From Actinomycetota bacterium (GTDB lineage: Bacteria; Actinomycetota; Acidimicrobiia; Acidimicrobiales; Ilumatobacteraceae), in NCBI GenBank assembly GCA_041159045.1, contig JBEBAF010000013.1, positions 1 to 38,439 of the forward strand: DNA of 38,439 nucleotides, in the 5' to 3' direction. The notes beneath the pieces are model-generated. The model saw only the letters and a list, made by a program, of their open reading frames with translations, ran no database searches and had not been told where the DNA came from. Positions 26,583 through 35,576 of the stretch are shown piece after piece. The position numbers and the translations under genes are program-made. Position 1 is the first letter of the stretch. Each line of letters starts with the position of its first letter.

Positions 26583-28259
26583 CTACAGGTACTGTCCGGT
26601 CGCCGTTCGTTCGATTGCCTTGCCTCCGACACCGGCTTCACCAGAGGACGGTTCGTTCACCAATGTGCGTATGAACACGATGCGCTCGCCCTTCTTGCCC
26701 GAGATGCGCGCCCAATCGTCGGGATTCGTAGTGTTCGGCAAGTCTTCGTGTTCCTTGAATTCCTGTCTGACGGATTCGACGAGATCGGTGACGCGAATTC
26801 CCTTGGAACCTCCGGATATCACGCGTTTGATCGCCAATTTCTTGGCACGTCGAACGATGTTTTCGATCATGGCCCCCGAAGCGAAGTCCTTGAAATAGAG
26901 GACTTCTTTGTCTCCGTTCTGATAGGTCACTTCGAGGAAGCGGTTTCCTTCATCGTTGCTGTACATCGAGGAGACCGCGGCCTTGATCATTTGATCGACC
27001 GCAACATTCGGATCGGACGACTCCAAGCCCTCCATGTCAATCGGTAGATCCGCAGTGAGGTAGCGCGAGAAGATCTGTGTCGCAGCGACATCGCTGGGTC
27101 GCTCGATCTTGATCTTGACGTCGAGGCGGCCCGGGCGAAGGATGGCCGGGTCGATGAGATCTTCGCGATTGGTTGCGCCGATCACGATGACGTTTCTCAG
27201 CCCCTCGACCCCGTCGATTTCTGCCAACAACTGGGGAACGATCGTCGATTCCATGTCGCTGCTGATCCCCGAACCGCGGGTTCGGAACATGGAATCCATT
27301 TCATCGAAGAAGACGATGACCGGCCAGCCTTCTTCGCTCTTTTCTCTGGCGCGTTGAAATATGAGACGGATCTGACGTTCGGTTTCGCCGACATATTTGT
27401 TGAGCAGTTCGGGACCCTTGACGTTGATGAAGTAGCTGCGTCCCTTAGCGTCACCTTGCTTCGCGGCAACCTTCTTCGCCAGGCTGTTCGCTACGGCTTT
27501 GGCAATGAGTGTCTTTCCGCAGCCAGGTGGTCCGTACAACAAGATGCCCTTTGGAGCGGGCAATTGGTGTTCGGCGAAGAGGTCGCCGTACAGGAACGGC
27601 AATTCGACTGCGTCCGCAATTTGCTCGATCTGTTCGTCAAGTCCGCCGATGTCGTTGTAGTCGATGTCGGGAACTTCCTCGAGCAAGAGGTCTTCGACAT
27701 CGGGCTGTGGCAGCCGTTCGAGAAGCAGATTCGATCGCGGATCGAGTCGTAGAAGATCTCCGCTCCTCAGATGGGTCCCTCTGATCGCATCGGCCAATTC
27801 GCATACGCGTTCGTCGTCGCCGCGCCCCGTCACGATGGCTCTGAACCCGTCTTCGCAGATTTCCTTCAAGGAGACGATCTCGCCAGAGCCTTCCGGGGGT
27901 CTCGCCTTGACGACGTTGAGGCTCTCGTTGAGAACAACTTCGGCCCCGCGAGCGACGGTCTCGAAATCGATATCGGGGTGGAGATGGACCCTCATCTTTC
28001 GACCGCTGGTCAACACATCGACGGTTTCGTCGTCGTTCTTTCCGACAATCACGCCGTAGGCGGATGGCGGTTGCGAAAGCTTCTCGACTTCCTCGCGTAG
28101 TTGCGCGATGTGCTCGCGCGCTTCTCGCAGGGTGTACGACAACTTTTCGTTCTGCGCGACCTTGTGGGCGAGTTGCGACCGCAGGTCTTGGAGGGCGGAT
28201 TCGGTCGTGGTCGAGCGAGGCTCTGCCGAGTCCTGCTGCGATGGGTCTCCTACCGACAT
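26583..28259 (-). CDS. mpa: proteasome-associated AAA+ ATPase Mpa/ARC
   Basis: 558 aa. It has an N-terminal coiled coil ([18 protein letters not shown]...), Walker A GPPGCGKT, Walker [10 protein letters not shown], and the C-terminal docking motif GQYL. A GGAGG Shine-Dalgarno lies 7 nt upstream. Its stop abuts the dop ATG with no spacer. Confidence 0.93.
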   Translation of the reverse strand: MSVGDPSQQDSAEPRSTTTESALQDLRSQLAHKVAQNEKLSYTLREAREHIAQLREEVEKLSQPPSAYGVIVGKNDDETVDVLTSGRKMRVHLHPDIDFETVARGAEVVLNESLNVVKARPPEGSGEIVSLKEICEDGFRAIVTGRGDDERVCELADAIRGTHLRSGDLLRLDPRSNLLLERLPQPDVEDLLLEEVPDIDYNDIGGLDEQIEQIADAVELPFLYGDLFAEHQLPAPKGILLYGPPGCGKTLIAKAVANSLAKKVAAKQGDAKGRSYFINVKGPELLNKYVGETERQIRLIFQRAREKSEEGWPVIVFFDEMDSMFRTRGSGISSDMESTIVPQLLAEIDGVEGLRNVIVIGATNREDLIDPAILRPGRLDVKIKIERPSDVAATQIFSRYLTADLPIDMEGLESSDPNVAVDQMIKAAVSSMYSNDEGNRFLEVTYQNGDKEVLYFKDFASGAMIENIVRRAKKLAIKRVISGGSKGIRVTDLVESVRQEFKEHEDLPNTTNPDDWARISGKKGERIVFIRTLVNEPSSGEAGVGGKAIERTATGQYL

Positions 28260-28490
28260 TTCGAACCTCCGAAACGGCGCGATGCCTACGTCTCTTCTCT
28301 ATCACCTCCCGCGCCTCGGAGGTATTTCGGCATCGAATTCGGCCGAGGCTGAGGGAGCAAAAATGTCACTGTCGGGTCGGGCGGTGTAGAGTTTCCCCGT
28401 CCACCAGCCTGGATTCGTCCCCGCGGGCTCTTCAGCCTGCGACGCGTTTCCCGGTGTTCGAAAAGTCGACTCGAAATCAAGGAGCTGAAA

Positions 28491-28736
28491 ATGAAGGTCT
28501 GGATCGATCAGGATCTGTGCACAGGAGACGGTCTCTGCGAGGAAATTGCTCCCGATGTGTTCACGCTTCTCGATGACGGCCTTGCCTACGTCAAAGAAGG
28601 CTCGAAGATTTATGCCACCGCCAAGGGCAACCCGCAGGGAGCCGAGGGAATGGCGTCGTTCGCCGACAGTCTCGTTGATGCCGTCGTTGAGTCGGCCGAA
28701 GAATGCCCCGGCGAGTGCATCTTCATCGAACCCTGA
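28491..28736 (+). CDS. small single-cluster ferredoxin
   Basis: 81 aa. MKVWIDQDLCTGDGLCEEIAPDVF...ECPGECIFIE fits the C-x5-C...CP pattern of actinobacterial 3Fe-4S/4Fe-4S ferredoxins. An AAGGAG Shine-Dalgarno precedes the ATG. Confidence 0.85.
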   Translation: MKVWIDQDLCTGDGLCEEIAPDVFTLLDDGLAYVKEGSKIYATAKGNPQGAEGMASFADSLVDAVVESAEECPGECIFIEP

Positions 28737-28780
28737 TTCTTCAGTGATACGGCTCGTCTCGGCGAGTCCACGATCGTCGG

Positions 28781-28816
28781 AAAGGCGCGGGCTTGGCCCG
28801 TGCCTTTCTCGTTTCT
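28781..28816 (+). terminator. intrinsic terminator-like hairpin between convergent ferredoxin and trmI
   Basis: AAAGGCGCGGGC-ttg-GCCCGTGCCTTT forms a 12-bp stem with one G-U pair, followed by ctcgTTTCTc. It lies 45 nt after the ferredoxin stop and just before the trmI stop on the other strand, so it may act bidirectionally. Confidence 0.6.
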
Positions 28817-28819
28817 CGG

Positions 28820-29608
28820 CTACTTCTCGATCAACCTTGCCGACGTGAGAAAGCCGGTGTGGGCAACCATTCTGTGGTCGGGACGTACGGCCTGGCCGTC
28901 GATGTGCCACGTGCGATGGAGGACTTCGAGCGTGCGTTCTCCGGTCCAGCGCTCGTCGAGTGCCTCGCGAACCTGCATGGCCTGCGTGATCGAGGGCGTG
29001 TAGCAAACGATCACGCCGCCAAGACGCATCGCATTCACGGCGTGCGGAACAACATTCCAAGGTTCGGGCAGATCGAGCACTACCCGATCGAAATCGCTGC
29101 CATCGATACCGTCGTAGCAGTCGCGGATGTGTACGTCGTATGCAGCGAGTGCCGATTCACCGAGAAAGGACCTCACGTTTGCCCTTGCACGGTTCGCGAA
29201 GTCCTCGCGTAGCTCGTAGCCGGTGATGACGGCGCCGGCTCGCAGCATCGCCATCGACAGGGCCCCTGATCCGACGCCCGATTCGAGTACACGAACACCC
29301 GGTTTGATGTCAGCGATCATTAGGATCGTCGCCAGATCCTTCGGGTAGATGACTTGTGCGCCGCGCGGCATCTCGACGACGAAGTCCTCGAGCGTTGGTC
29401 GCAGTGCAACGTACCTGGCTCCTTTTGTCGACACGACCTCGGCACCATCGGGGCAACCAACAATGTCGTCGTGCGGAACGAAACCGGCGTGACTATGGAA
29501 CTCGCCACCCGCGACCAAGTCGACGAGGTAACGGCGTTTCTTGCGGTCGACCAGCATGATCTTGTCGCCCCACGCGAAGGTGTTCACGAAATCGGGTGTC
29601 GAACTCAA
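28820..29608 (-). CDS. trmI: tRNA (adenine58-N1)-methyltransferase TrmI
   Basis: 262 aa. FAWGDKIMLVDRKKRRYLVDLVAGGEFHSHAGFVPHDDIVG...RGAQVIYPKD...VLESGVGSGALS is collinear with my recollection of Mycobacterium Rv2118c. The listed start is TTG 29608, and GTG 29587 is an alternative. Confidence 0.85.
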   Translation of the reverse strand: MSSTPDFVNTFAWGDKIMLVDRKKRRYLVDLVAGGEFHSHAGFVPHDDIVGCPDGAEVVSTKGARYVALRPTLEDFVVEMPRGAQVIYPKDLATILMIADIKPGVRVLESGVGSGALSMAMLRAGAVITGYELREDFANRARANVRSFLGESALAAYDVHIRDCYDGIDGSDFDRVVLDLPEPWNVVPHAVNAMRLGGVIVCYTPSITQAMQVREALDERWTGERTLEVLHRTWHIDGQAVRPDHRMVAHTGFLTSARLIEK

Positions 29609-29829
29609 GTGGGATCCACCTCGATGATCGCGTGGTCGGTGCGCACCTGAATGCTGCGTGATTTCGACCTTTGCGAGACGTAGCCGATCGCCTTTCCGGC
29701 GATGACAAGTCGCGCAAACGTGCGATATCGAGCAACGAATCGTTTCGTCAGGCGGTTGCGTACAACGACGCGACCGGTGATGAGTGCAGCGAGTAATCGG
29801 ACGAGACCGAAACGGGATTTTCGAGCCAC
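29605..29829 (-). CDS. possible small basic protein (74 aa), doubtful
   Basis: Tail of ORF 29605..30021, starting from GTG 29829 just after the upstream stop at 29837. Its stop overlaps the trmI start. No motif recognised. Third-position GC is about 62 percent, which does not discriminate coding from non-coding here. Confidence 0.3.
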   Translation of the reverse strand: MARKSRFGLVRLLAALITGRVVVRNRLTKRFVARYRTFARLVIAGKAIGYVSQRSKSRSIQVRTDHAIIEVDPT

Positions 29830-29836
29830 AGTTCGA

Positions 29837-30046
29837 TCACCGACGACGGAATTCAACACGCGTGGCACGACGCGACCCACGGCGGCGACCGACGAGGTAC
29901 GAGAGCACGACAAGAACGACGGCCGCTGCACCGGCCGCGGCAACGAGGGTTTGCTTCTTGTTTTCCACCCGACCTTGGAGGTCGTCTTGGAGCGACTTGA
30001 AACGACGCTCGAGGTCTTCACGAGAGATCTTGCGTTCTTGTTCCAT
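29837..30046 (-). CDS. small tail-anchored membrane protein (69 aa)
   Basis: ORF 29837..30235, trimmed to Met64 (MEQERKISREDLERRFKSLQDDLQGRVENKK...) with an AAGGA Shine-Dalgarno upstream. An amphipathic N-terminal helix is followed by one TM (LVAAAGAAAVVLVVLSYLVG) and an Arg-rich tail. Confidence 0.55.
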   Translation of the reverse strand: MEQERKISREDLERRFKSLQDDLQGRVENKKQTLVAAAGAAAVVLVVLSYLVGRRRGSRRATRVEFRRR

Positions 30047-30092
30047 CAACGGTTCCTTTCCAACGGACGTCGGCGACAGTGAGGTGACAGCC

Positions 30093-30431
30093 TCAGAGGC
30101 GTGCCTTGCGAATTTGTGAGAGTGCGAGCACGACGATGGCGACAGCGAAGAGCAACGCGATGGCGTACGGTGCCCACGAAAACCCCCCGTCGAATGCCGA
30201 GTCCCCGAGATCCTGCGTGAGTCGGAGAAGGCCAAGGCTGAAGATCACCATGCCGAGGGCGACGAAAGTCATCGAAACGAGGCCCCAGAGAATCCACCGA
30301 CCGGCCCCGCGCAGAGGTTCGACTGTCTCTTGACGCGCATAGGCCACGACCAGTTCAACGACATCGGATTTCTGCGGGTCGACCACGGGTCCATTGTCGC
30401 AGGACTTTCGGCCAATTGCACTTGGCGGCAC
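30093..30431 (-). CDS. two-TM membrane protein, actinobacterial holin-X / phage-holin-family-like topology
   Basis: 112 aa with a GTG start. The layout ...AYARQETVEPLRGAGRW-TM1(ILWGLVSMTFVALGMVIFSLGLL)-loop-TM2(YAIALLFAVAIVVLAL)-SQIRK resembles PF07332-type proteins from memory. Confidence 0.55.
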   Translation of the reverse strand: MPPSAIGRKSCDNGPVVDPQKSDVVELVVAYARQETVEPLRGAGRWILWGLVSMTFVALGMVIFSLGLLRLTQDLGDSAFDGGFSWAPYAIALLFAVAIVVLALSQIRKARL

Positions 30432-30465
30432 GTCGCCCCGGGCGCTGGATCAGCTTGCTGCTTGA

Positions 30466-31890
30466 TCAACCGCCTATGACGCCGACCTGCGACTTCGTGG
30501 GGCCTTGCGGATACGTCGCAATGGCCGTTCCGAGAGCATCCCAAAGCGGTCGGTAATTCCCTTGGTCGGCCCATCCTGCGCCGTTCAGGAACAGTGCAAA
30601 GGTCACTCCGCCGTTCGTTCCGATGGGCAATACACCACTCAATGTCTTCACGTTGAGGAGAGTCCCGGTCTTGCCATGCAACTTTCCCGCGACGGCTGAT
30701 CCCTTGAAAGCGTCGGCCAGCGTTCCCGTCTTGGCGGCAATCGAGAGTCCCTCGACCAAATTTCCGTTCACGGGTTGCCGATCGAGTACGGCGACGATGG
30801 CGTTGCACGAAATTCGATTGTTGCGCGACAACCCCGAACCATCACGCAATTTGAGGCCCTCGATTCCCCACTTCTTCAGCGTTTCGACGATCACCTTCAG
30901 TCCCGCAGAGGTTGTGGGTTGTAGGGACTTCGCCAGTCCAAGTTGACGTACCAAGATCTCGGCAGTGTTGTTGTCGCTGTTGGTCAACATCTCGGCAACA
31001 ACCTTGTCGATCACGGCAGATTCGATCCGTGCGATCTCAGAAGTTGTCGGGCCGGCTGATCCGCTGCGGGCTTCACCACTCACCGTGATTCCTCGAGCGC
31101 GCAGAAGGCGGGTGAATTCTCGCGCGGCGCCGACCGCGGGGTTGTCGGGCTTCAGTGGATCGCCCACTACCACTCCGTCGTTGACCATCAGCGCACCAAG
31201 AGGCCCCGCCTCGGCGGCTCGCACACCCGACGACCAATCGGCGTTGTATCTGGTGTCATCGAGAAACGATTCATCGCCGACGACCGAACCGCCAATCGAA
31301 GTGATCCCCGCGGCTTTGATGCGATCGGCAAGATCGTCGAGATAGGTCGGAGTCGTTGTCGGATACTTTTCGCTCGGAAGAAAGTCCTTAGTGACGAGAA
31401 GAGGATCTCCTCCTCCTACCAGAACGAGATCTCCGGCGATCGTCCCGTTCACCACTTCCCCGACTGCCTTCGTGATGAAACGGGTGTCAGGGGCGAATGC
31501 ATCGAGAACAACCGCGGCGGTGAGGATCTTCGTGTTGCTGGCGGGAATGAGGGACTTGTCAGATTGACGAGCGACCGCCGTGGAACCGTTCGCATCAACC
31601 CGCAGACATGATGCATCCGGGAGCTTCGAGACCAATCCCGACAACTCATTTCGCAAATTTCGTATCGTCACGTCAGTGACCAACGTCGCGGCCGCGCGCC
31701 GCACGCTGAGAACGGGTGTTGACACCGCGCTCGAGGCCGGCGCCACGCGACCTTTGGTGCGCGTCGCAAGGGAATGTCCGACGAACCACAGCGATGCAAG
31801 GGGTGCTGCGCCGACGATCGCCACGATCGCCACCACGCGACCGGGACGGCGCGTGCGACGCTTCTTGCCGCTTCCCTGACGTGAGGTCAC
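30466..31890 (-). CDS. dacB: D-alanyl-D-alanine carboxypeptidase/endopeptidase (PBP4 / peptidase S13 family)
   Basis: It has SxxK (PASNTK), SxN (NSDNN) and KTG (HGKTGTL) motifs in the right order, plus an N-terminal Arg-rich signal anchor. The start is set at GTG 31890, which overlaps the upstream stop (GTGA). The ORF extension to 31962 lies inside the upstream gene. Confidence 0.85.
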   Translation of the reverse strand: MTSRQGSGKKRRTRRPGRVVAIVAIVGAAPLASLWFVGHSLATRTKGRVAPASSAVSTPVLSVRRAAATLVTDVTIRNLRNELSGLVSKLPDASCLRVDANGSTAVARQSDKSLIPASNTKILTAAVVLDAFAPDTRFITKAVGEVVNGTIAGDLVLVGGGDPLLVTKDFLPSEKYPTTTPTYLDDLADRIKAAGITSIGGSVVGDESFLDDTRYNADWSSGVRAAEAGPLGALMVNDGVVVGDPLKPDNPAVGAAREFTRLLRARGITVSGEARSGSAGPTTSEIARIESAVIDKVVAEMLTNSDNNTAEILVRQLGLAKSLQPTTSAGLKVIVETLKKWGIEGLKLRDGSGLSRNNRISCNAIVAVLDRQPVNGNLVEGLSIAAKTGTLADAFKGSAVAGKLHGKTGTLLNVKTLSGVLPIGTNGGVTFALFLNGAGWADQGNYRPLWDALGTAIATYPQGPTKSQVGVIGG

Positions 31891-34046
31891 TGGTTCCTGT
31901 ACCGCGCGTAACGAACCATATGGGCGAGCGCAGCAACGGCACGGTTGCCGGAAGGAAAGCAATACCGACCGGTGGCTCGGACGGTCGCGGGACCGGAGTT
32001 GTCGGGATCGGCCACCGCCAACTCCGTGGCGACAAGGATCGGCTTGCCGGTCTCGTCGGACAATTCGGCAGCAGCTTCGGCGAAGCGTGCGTCTTGTCGT
32101 TCGTGGTAAGCGACGATGCGCTCGAGTCCGTGGTCGGGGTAAAACGAGCCCTCTCGCATGAGGCGCGCCTGGTTCGATTGGATACCGATGCCGAGATAAA
32201 TCACCGCGTCAACCGACGGATGTCGCGCGATGAGTCCGAGCACCTCGGGAATCGTGTCGCGCGTTTCGCCTCCTGCGCAATCGACGGGGTTACTGCGACT
32301 CCAACGCGGTGGCAGCTTTTCATCGATTGAGGCTTTGAGGTCGTCGGGAAGCGACAACAATTCGAGCTCGGGCCTTTGGTAAAGCGCATCGGATGTGACC
32401 ACACCCCACCCCCCAGCCGTGGTGAGAATCACCGTACGTCCACCCTTCGGCAACGGTTGGGTCGCAAAGCACGCTGCCGTATCGAAAGCCTCTTCGACCG
32501 TCGCTGCTCGCACCAAGCCGGCTGACCGGCATGCGCCGTCGAACACCTTGTCGTTGGCAGCAAGCGCACCGGTGTGACTGGCTGCGGCCTTGGCGCCGGC
32601 CTCGGTGGCGCCGCCCTTGACGACCACCAGAGGCATCTTTTTCGTCACCGTGGACAGCTGGGACATCAGGGCCGCACCATCGGAAATGCCTTCGAGATAC
32701 GCAAGGCCGACCGAGGTCTCGATGTCGGATGCGTACCACTCGAGATAGTCCGCGACGCTGACGCTTGCAGCGTTACCGGCCGACACGGCTCGGCTGACTC
32801 CGATTCCGCTTTGACGCGAATAGTTCAAGAACGACGAAACAAAGTTTCCACTCTGACTGGCGACACCGATGCGTCCGACGGGTGGGTACGGCGCAACGAT
32901 TTGAGCGCACAATTTCGCGGGCGTGCTGACGACGCCCTGACCGTTGGGTCCGGCGAGGAGAATGTCAAGCTCGTCGGCGAGGGCGACGATGTCGTCTTCC
33001 AGGGCTCGTCCTTCTTCGCCGGCCTCGCCGTAACCGGCCGAGGTGAGGAAGGCCGCTTTGATTCCCTTGGCTGCGCACGCGCGAAGAAGCTCGGGATTCG
33101 TTTTCGCGGGCGTGCATACGAAAACCATGTCGGCCTCGTTCGCCGGGAGATCGCCGATATTTGCGACGGTCTTCACCCCGAGGACCTCTTCGCCCGACAG
33201 ATTCGTTCCGAAGACTCGACCTTGATACCCGCTCGCGAGAATGTTGTGCATCGATACGAATCCGAATTTTCCGGGATGGCTCGATGCTCCGGCCACAACC
33301 ACACCGCGGGGCTCGAACAACGCCTTGAAGTGGGCATCCGACAGCTTCCGTCGAGCGGTCGGCGTTTGGGTGGAGCCATCGATTCCTGACAATTCCACCA
33401 ATGCATCGACGGCAACAACCGTTCCATCCGAACGGACGAGGAGAGGATTGATGTCGATCGAGGCGATGTCGTTGCGATCCCCCGCGACCTTCGACAAAGC
33501 CATCAGCGCAGAAACCAGCGATTGCCGATCGACCGCCGTTTCGCCGCGGAAGTCTCCGAAGAGCTTCTGTGCCTTGATCTCGTTGATCATGTCGTTCGCA
33601 TCGTGTTGAGACAGCGGCACCGGTCGGAAAACCACGTCGGCAACGGCCTCGGCAAGTACGCCGCCGACGCCCAGCATGACGACACTTCCAAATTGCGGAT
33701 CACGCACCAGCCCGGCGATGAACTCGCGGTTGCTCTTCACCATCGGAGCCACCAAAACGGACACTTCGCCGTCGTCGGGACGGGCCGCGGCGAAGAGCTG
33801 CTCTATGGCCTCGTTCAGTCCCGCCGAATCCTTGATGTTGAGTCGAACAAGGCCACGTTCCGTCTTGTGGGCTATTTGGTCGCCGTTCAATTTCGCGACG
33901 ACCGGAAAATCGATCTTGGCAGCCGTCAGATCGGCCGACTCACCGCGAGAAACGGTCAACTCCGGCAAAAAGGGCACACCAGCGGAGGCCAGGACCTTCT
34001 TGCTCTCGAGTTCGGAAAGGGTTTTCGCGGCGGGATCAGTGGACAC
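31887..34046 (-). CDS. acetate--CoA ligase (ADP-forming) family protein, ATP-grasp domain N-terminal to CoA-binding/ligase domains
   Basis: 719 aa. The N-terminal roughly 225 aa are ATP-grasp-like (KKVLASAGVP...VVAKLNGDQIAHKTERGLV). These are followed by a CoA-binding Rossmann region (PRGVVVAGAS..GKFG) and a succinyl-CoA-ligase-like region with ASHTGALA (phosphohistidine loop). GTG start, 9 nt after the tetR stop. Confidence 0.8.
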   Translation of the reverse strand: MSTDPAAKTLSELESKKVLASAGVPFLPELTVSRGESADLTAAKIDFPVVAKLNGDQIAHKTERGLVRLNIKDSAGLNEAIEQLFAAARPDDGEVSVLVAPMVKSNREFIAGLVRDPQFGSVVMLGVGGVLAEAVADVVFRPVPLSQHDANDMINEIKAQKLFGDFRGETAVDRQSLVSALMALSKVAGDRNDIASIDINPLLVRSDGTVVAVDALVELSGIDGSTQTPTARRKLSDAHFKALFEPRGVVVAGASSHPGKFGFVSMHNILASGYQGRVFGTNLSGEEVLGVKTVANIGDLPANEADMVFVCTPAKTNPELLRACAAKGIKAAFLTSAGYGEAGEEGRALEDDIVALADELDILLAGPNGQGVVSTPAKLCAQIVAPYPPVGRIGVASQSGNFVSSFLNYSRQSGIGVSRAVSAGNAASVSVADYLEWYASDIETSVGLAYLEGISDGAALMSQLSTVTKKMPLVVVKGGATEAGAKAAASHTGALAANDKVFDGACRSAGLVRAATVEEAFDTAACFATQPLPKGGRTVILTTAGGWGVVTSDALYQRPELELLSLPDDLKASIDEKLPPRWSRSNPVDCAGGETRDTIPEVLGLIARHPSVDAVIYLGIGIQSNQARLMREGSFYPDHGLERIVAYHERQDARFAEAAAELSDETGKPILVATELAVADPDNSGPATVRATGRYCFPSGNRAVAALAHMVRYARYRNQ

Positions 34047-34055
34047 GCGATGAGA

Positions 34056-34679
34056 CTACAGAATGACGTCGGTCGCAGGCAGGAGCAGACGGCGGAACAG
34101 ATCGAGTAGATGTTCGCAGCGCTCGTGCATCGGGCGTTCGGAGAGTGCATCGTGACCGAGCAGACCATTGATGAACGGCGCGTCCGACACGTAGCCCAAC
34201 AGAGCTGCGTACGCTGTGATCAGCACCTGACGCGCGTCGACTTCGCGGAATCTTCCGGCCGCGATTTCGGCATCGATCCACTCGACAGCCGTGTTGAAGA
34301 GGGGCGAAACAACTCCGACCAGATCGATGCCGAGGCGCGATCCGCCGTCGAGTGCTTCTCGACGCATGAGACGCACATACGAGGGATGCTCCGCGAACAG
34401 TTCGAAACCAGCCGAGAGCACATCGGAGAATCGATCCCAACCACTCCCCGGTAGTGCCATCGCCGCTTCGACGCGCTCGAGCCAGTGCGACAGCATCTGC
34501 TCGAATACTTCGCCGTACAGGTCATCCTTGCTCGGAAAGTGATGCAACAAACTGGGCCGTTTGATCCCGACACCTGCCGCGATGTCATTCAGGGACGTGC
34601 CGTCGTATCCATGCTCTGCGAAGAGATCTGTGGCTTCTGCAAGGATCACGTCGCGCATCGAACGTTGTCCGTCAGCCAT
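34056..34679 (-). CDS. TetR/AcrR-family transcriptional regulator
   Basis: 207 aa. The N-terminal HTH reads ILAEATDLFAEHGYDGTSLNDIAAGVGIKRPSLLHHFPSKDDLY. Confidence 0.9.
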   Translation of the reverse strand: MADGQRSMRDVILAEATDLFAEHGYDGTSLNDIAAGVGIKRPSLLHHFPSKDDLYGEVFEQMLSHWLERVEAAMALPGSGWDRFSDVLSAGFELFAEHPSYVRLMRREALDGGSRLGIDLVGVVSPLFNTAVEWIDAEIAAGRFREVDARQVLITAYAALLGYVSDAPFINGLLGHDALSERPMHERCEHLLDLFRRLLLPATDVIL

Positions 34680-34735
34680 GGCTGCAGGCTACAGAAAGTC
34701 CTACCTACTGGTTGGTAGGTCGCTAGGGTGAGCAC
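34680..34735. promoter_or_regulatory. divergent tetR/desaturase control region: two predicted leaderless promoters flanking an imperfect palindrome (putative TetR operator)
   Basis: On the minus strand, TAGCCT (34686-34691) lies 6 nt from the tetR ATG. On the plus strand, TAGGGT (34724-34729) lies 6 nt from the desaturase ATG. Between them is ACCTAC-tggttg-GTAGGT (34703-34720), overlapping the -35/spacer positions of both promoters. Confidence 0.5.
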
Positions 34736-35521
34736 ATGCAGGCACTGTTCCTCTTTCATGCCGGTTCAATCGTTCAGGGGTTGTTGGTCGCCTTGGTCGT
34801 CGGTTTGGCGGTCACGGTTCTCGCAAACATCGCAACGACGATCTACTTGCATCGCGCGATGGCGCACAAGGCCTTGGCGCTGTCGGCTCCAGCAGCAGTC
34901 GGTTTCCGCTTCATCATTTGGGTCACGACTGGAATCAGGCCACGTCAGTGGGTGGCGGTACATCGGAAGCATCATGCGTACACCGACATCGATGGCGATC
35001 CTCACTCGCCCGTTTTGCTCGGATGGAAGACGGTACAAATGAAGAACGTTGCGCTGTACCGTCGATGCGCGGCCCACCCCGACACGACCTCGAAGTATGC
35101 AAAAGACATGCCGGCGGATGGGTTCGATCGGGCTCTCTTTGATCGCACCATCGTTGGTCTGACAGTCGGTATCACCGCCCTGTGTCTGGTCTTCGGGGTG
35201 TGGGTTGGCCTTCTCGCCGCGATCGTTCACGTGAATCTCTACCTCGGCGGATCAGCGGCCGTGAACGCCATTGGGCATCACTTTGGACGCAAGCCATACG
35301 ACAACGGCGCGGGGAACCTTCAGATTCTTGCCTTTCTCACCGCAGGTGAAGGGTTGCACAACAATCACCATGCGGCACCTACTTCCGCACGTCTCGCACA
35401 CCGTTGGTACGAAATCGACTACGGCTGGTGGATCATTCGGGTGTTGACGTGGCTCCGATTGGCGCGCGTGCGCTTGAACGAAGTCAAGCTCGTATCGACG
35501 CCCCGAGGCGTCGCAGGCTGA
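34736..35521 (+). CDS. membrane fatty-acid (acyl-CoA/acyl-lipid) desaturase
   Basis: 261 aa. It has three His boxes in the canonical order, HRAMAH, HRKHH and HNNHH, separated by hydrophobic segments. Confidence 0.85.
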   Translation: MQALFLFHAGSIVQGLLVALVVGLAVTVLANIATTIYLHRAMAHKALALSAPAAVGFRFIIWVTTGIRPRQWVAVHRKHHAYTDIDGDPHSPVLLGWKTVQMKNVALYRRCAAHPDTTSKYAKDMPADGFDRALFDRTIVGLTVGITALCLVFGVWVGLLAAIVHVNLYLGGSAAVNAIGHHFGRKPYDNGAGNLQILAFLTAGEGLHNNHHAAPTSARLAHRWYEIDYGWWIIRVLTWLRLARVRLNEVKLVSTPRGVAG

Positions 35522-35576
35522 CACCTCGTTCGGTCGTCATTCGATGGCCGCCACATCGCCGAATTAGGGTTCATGC

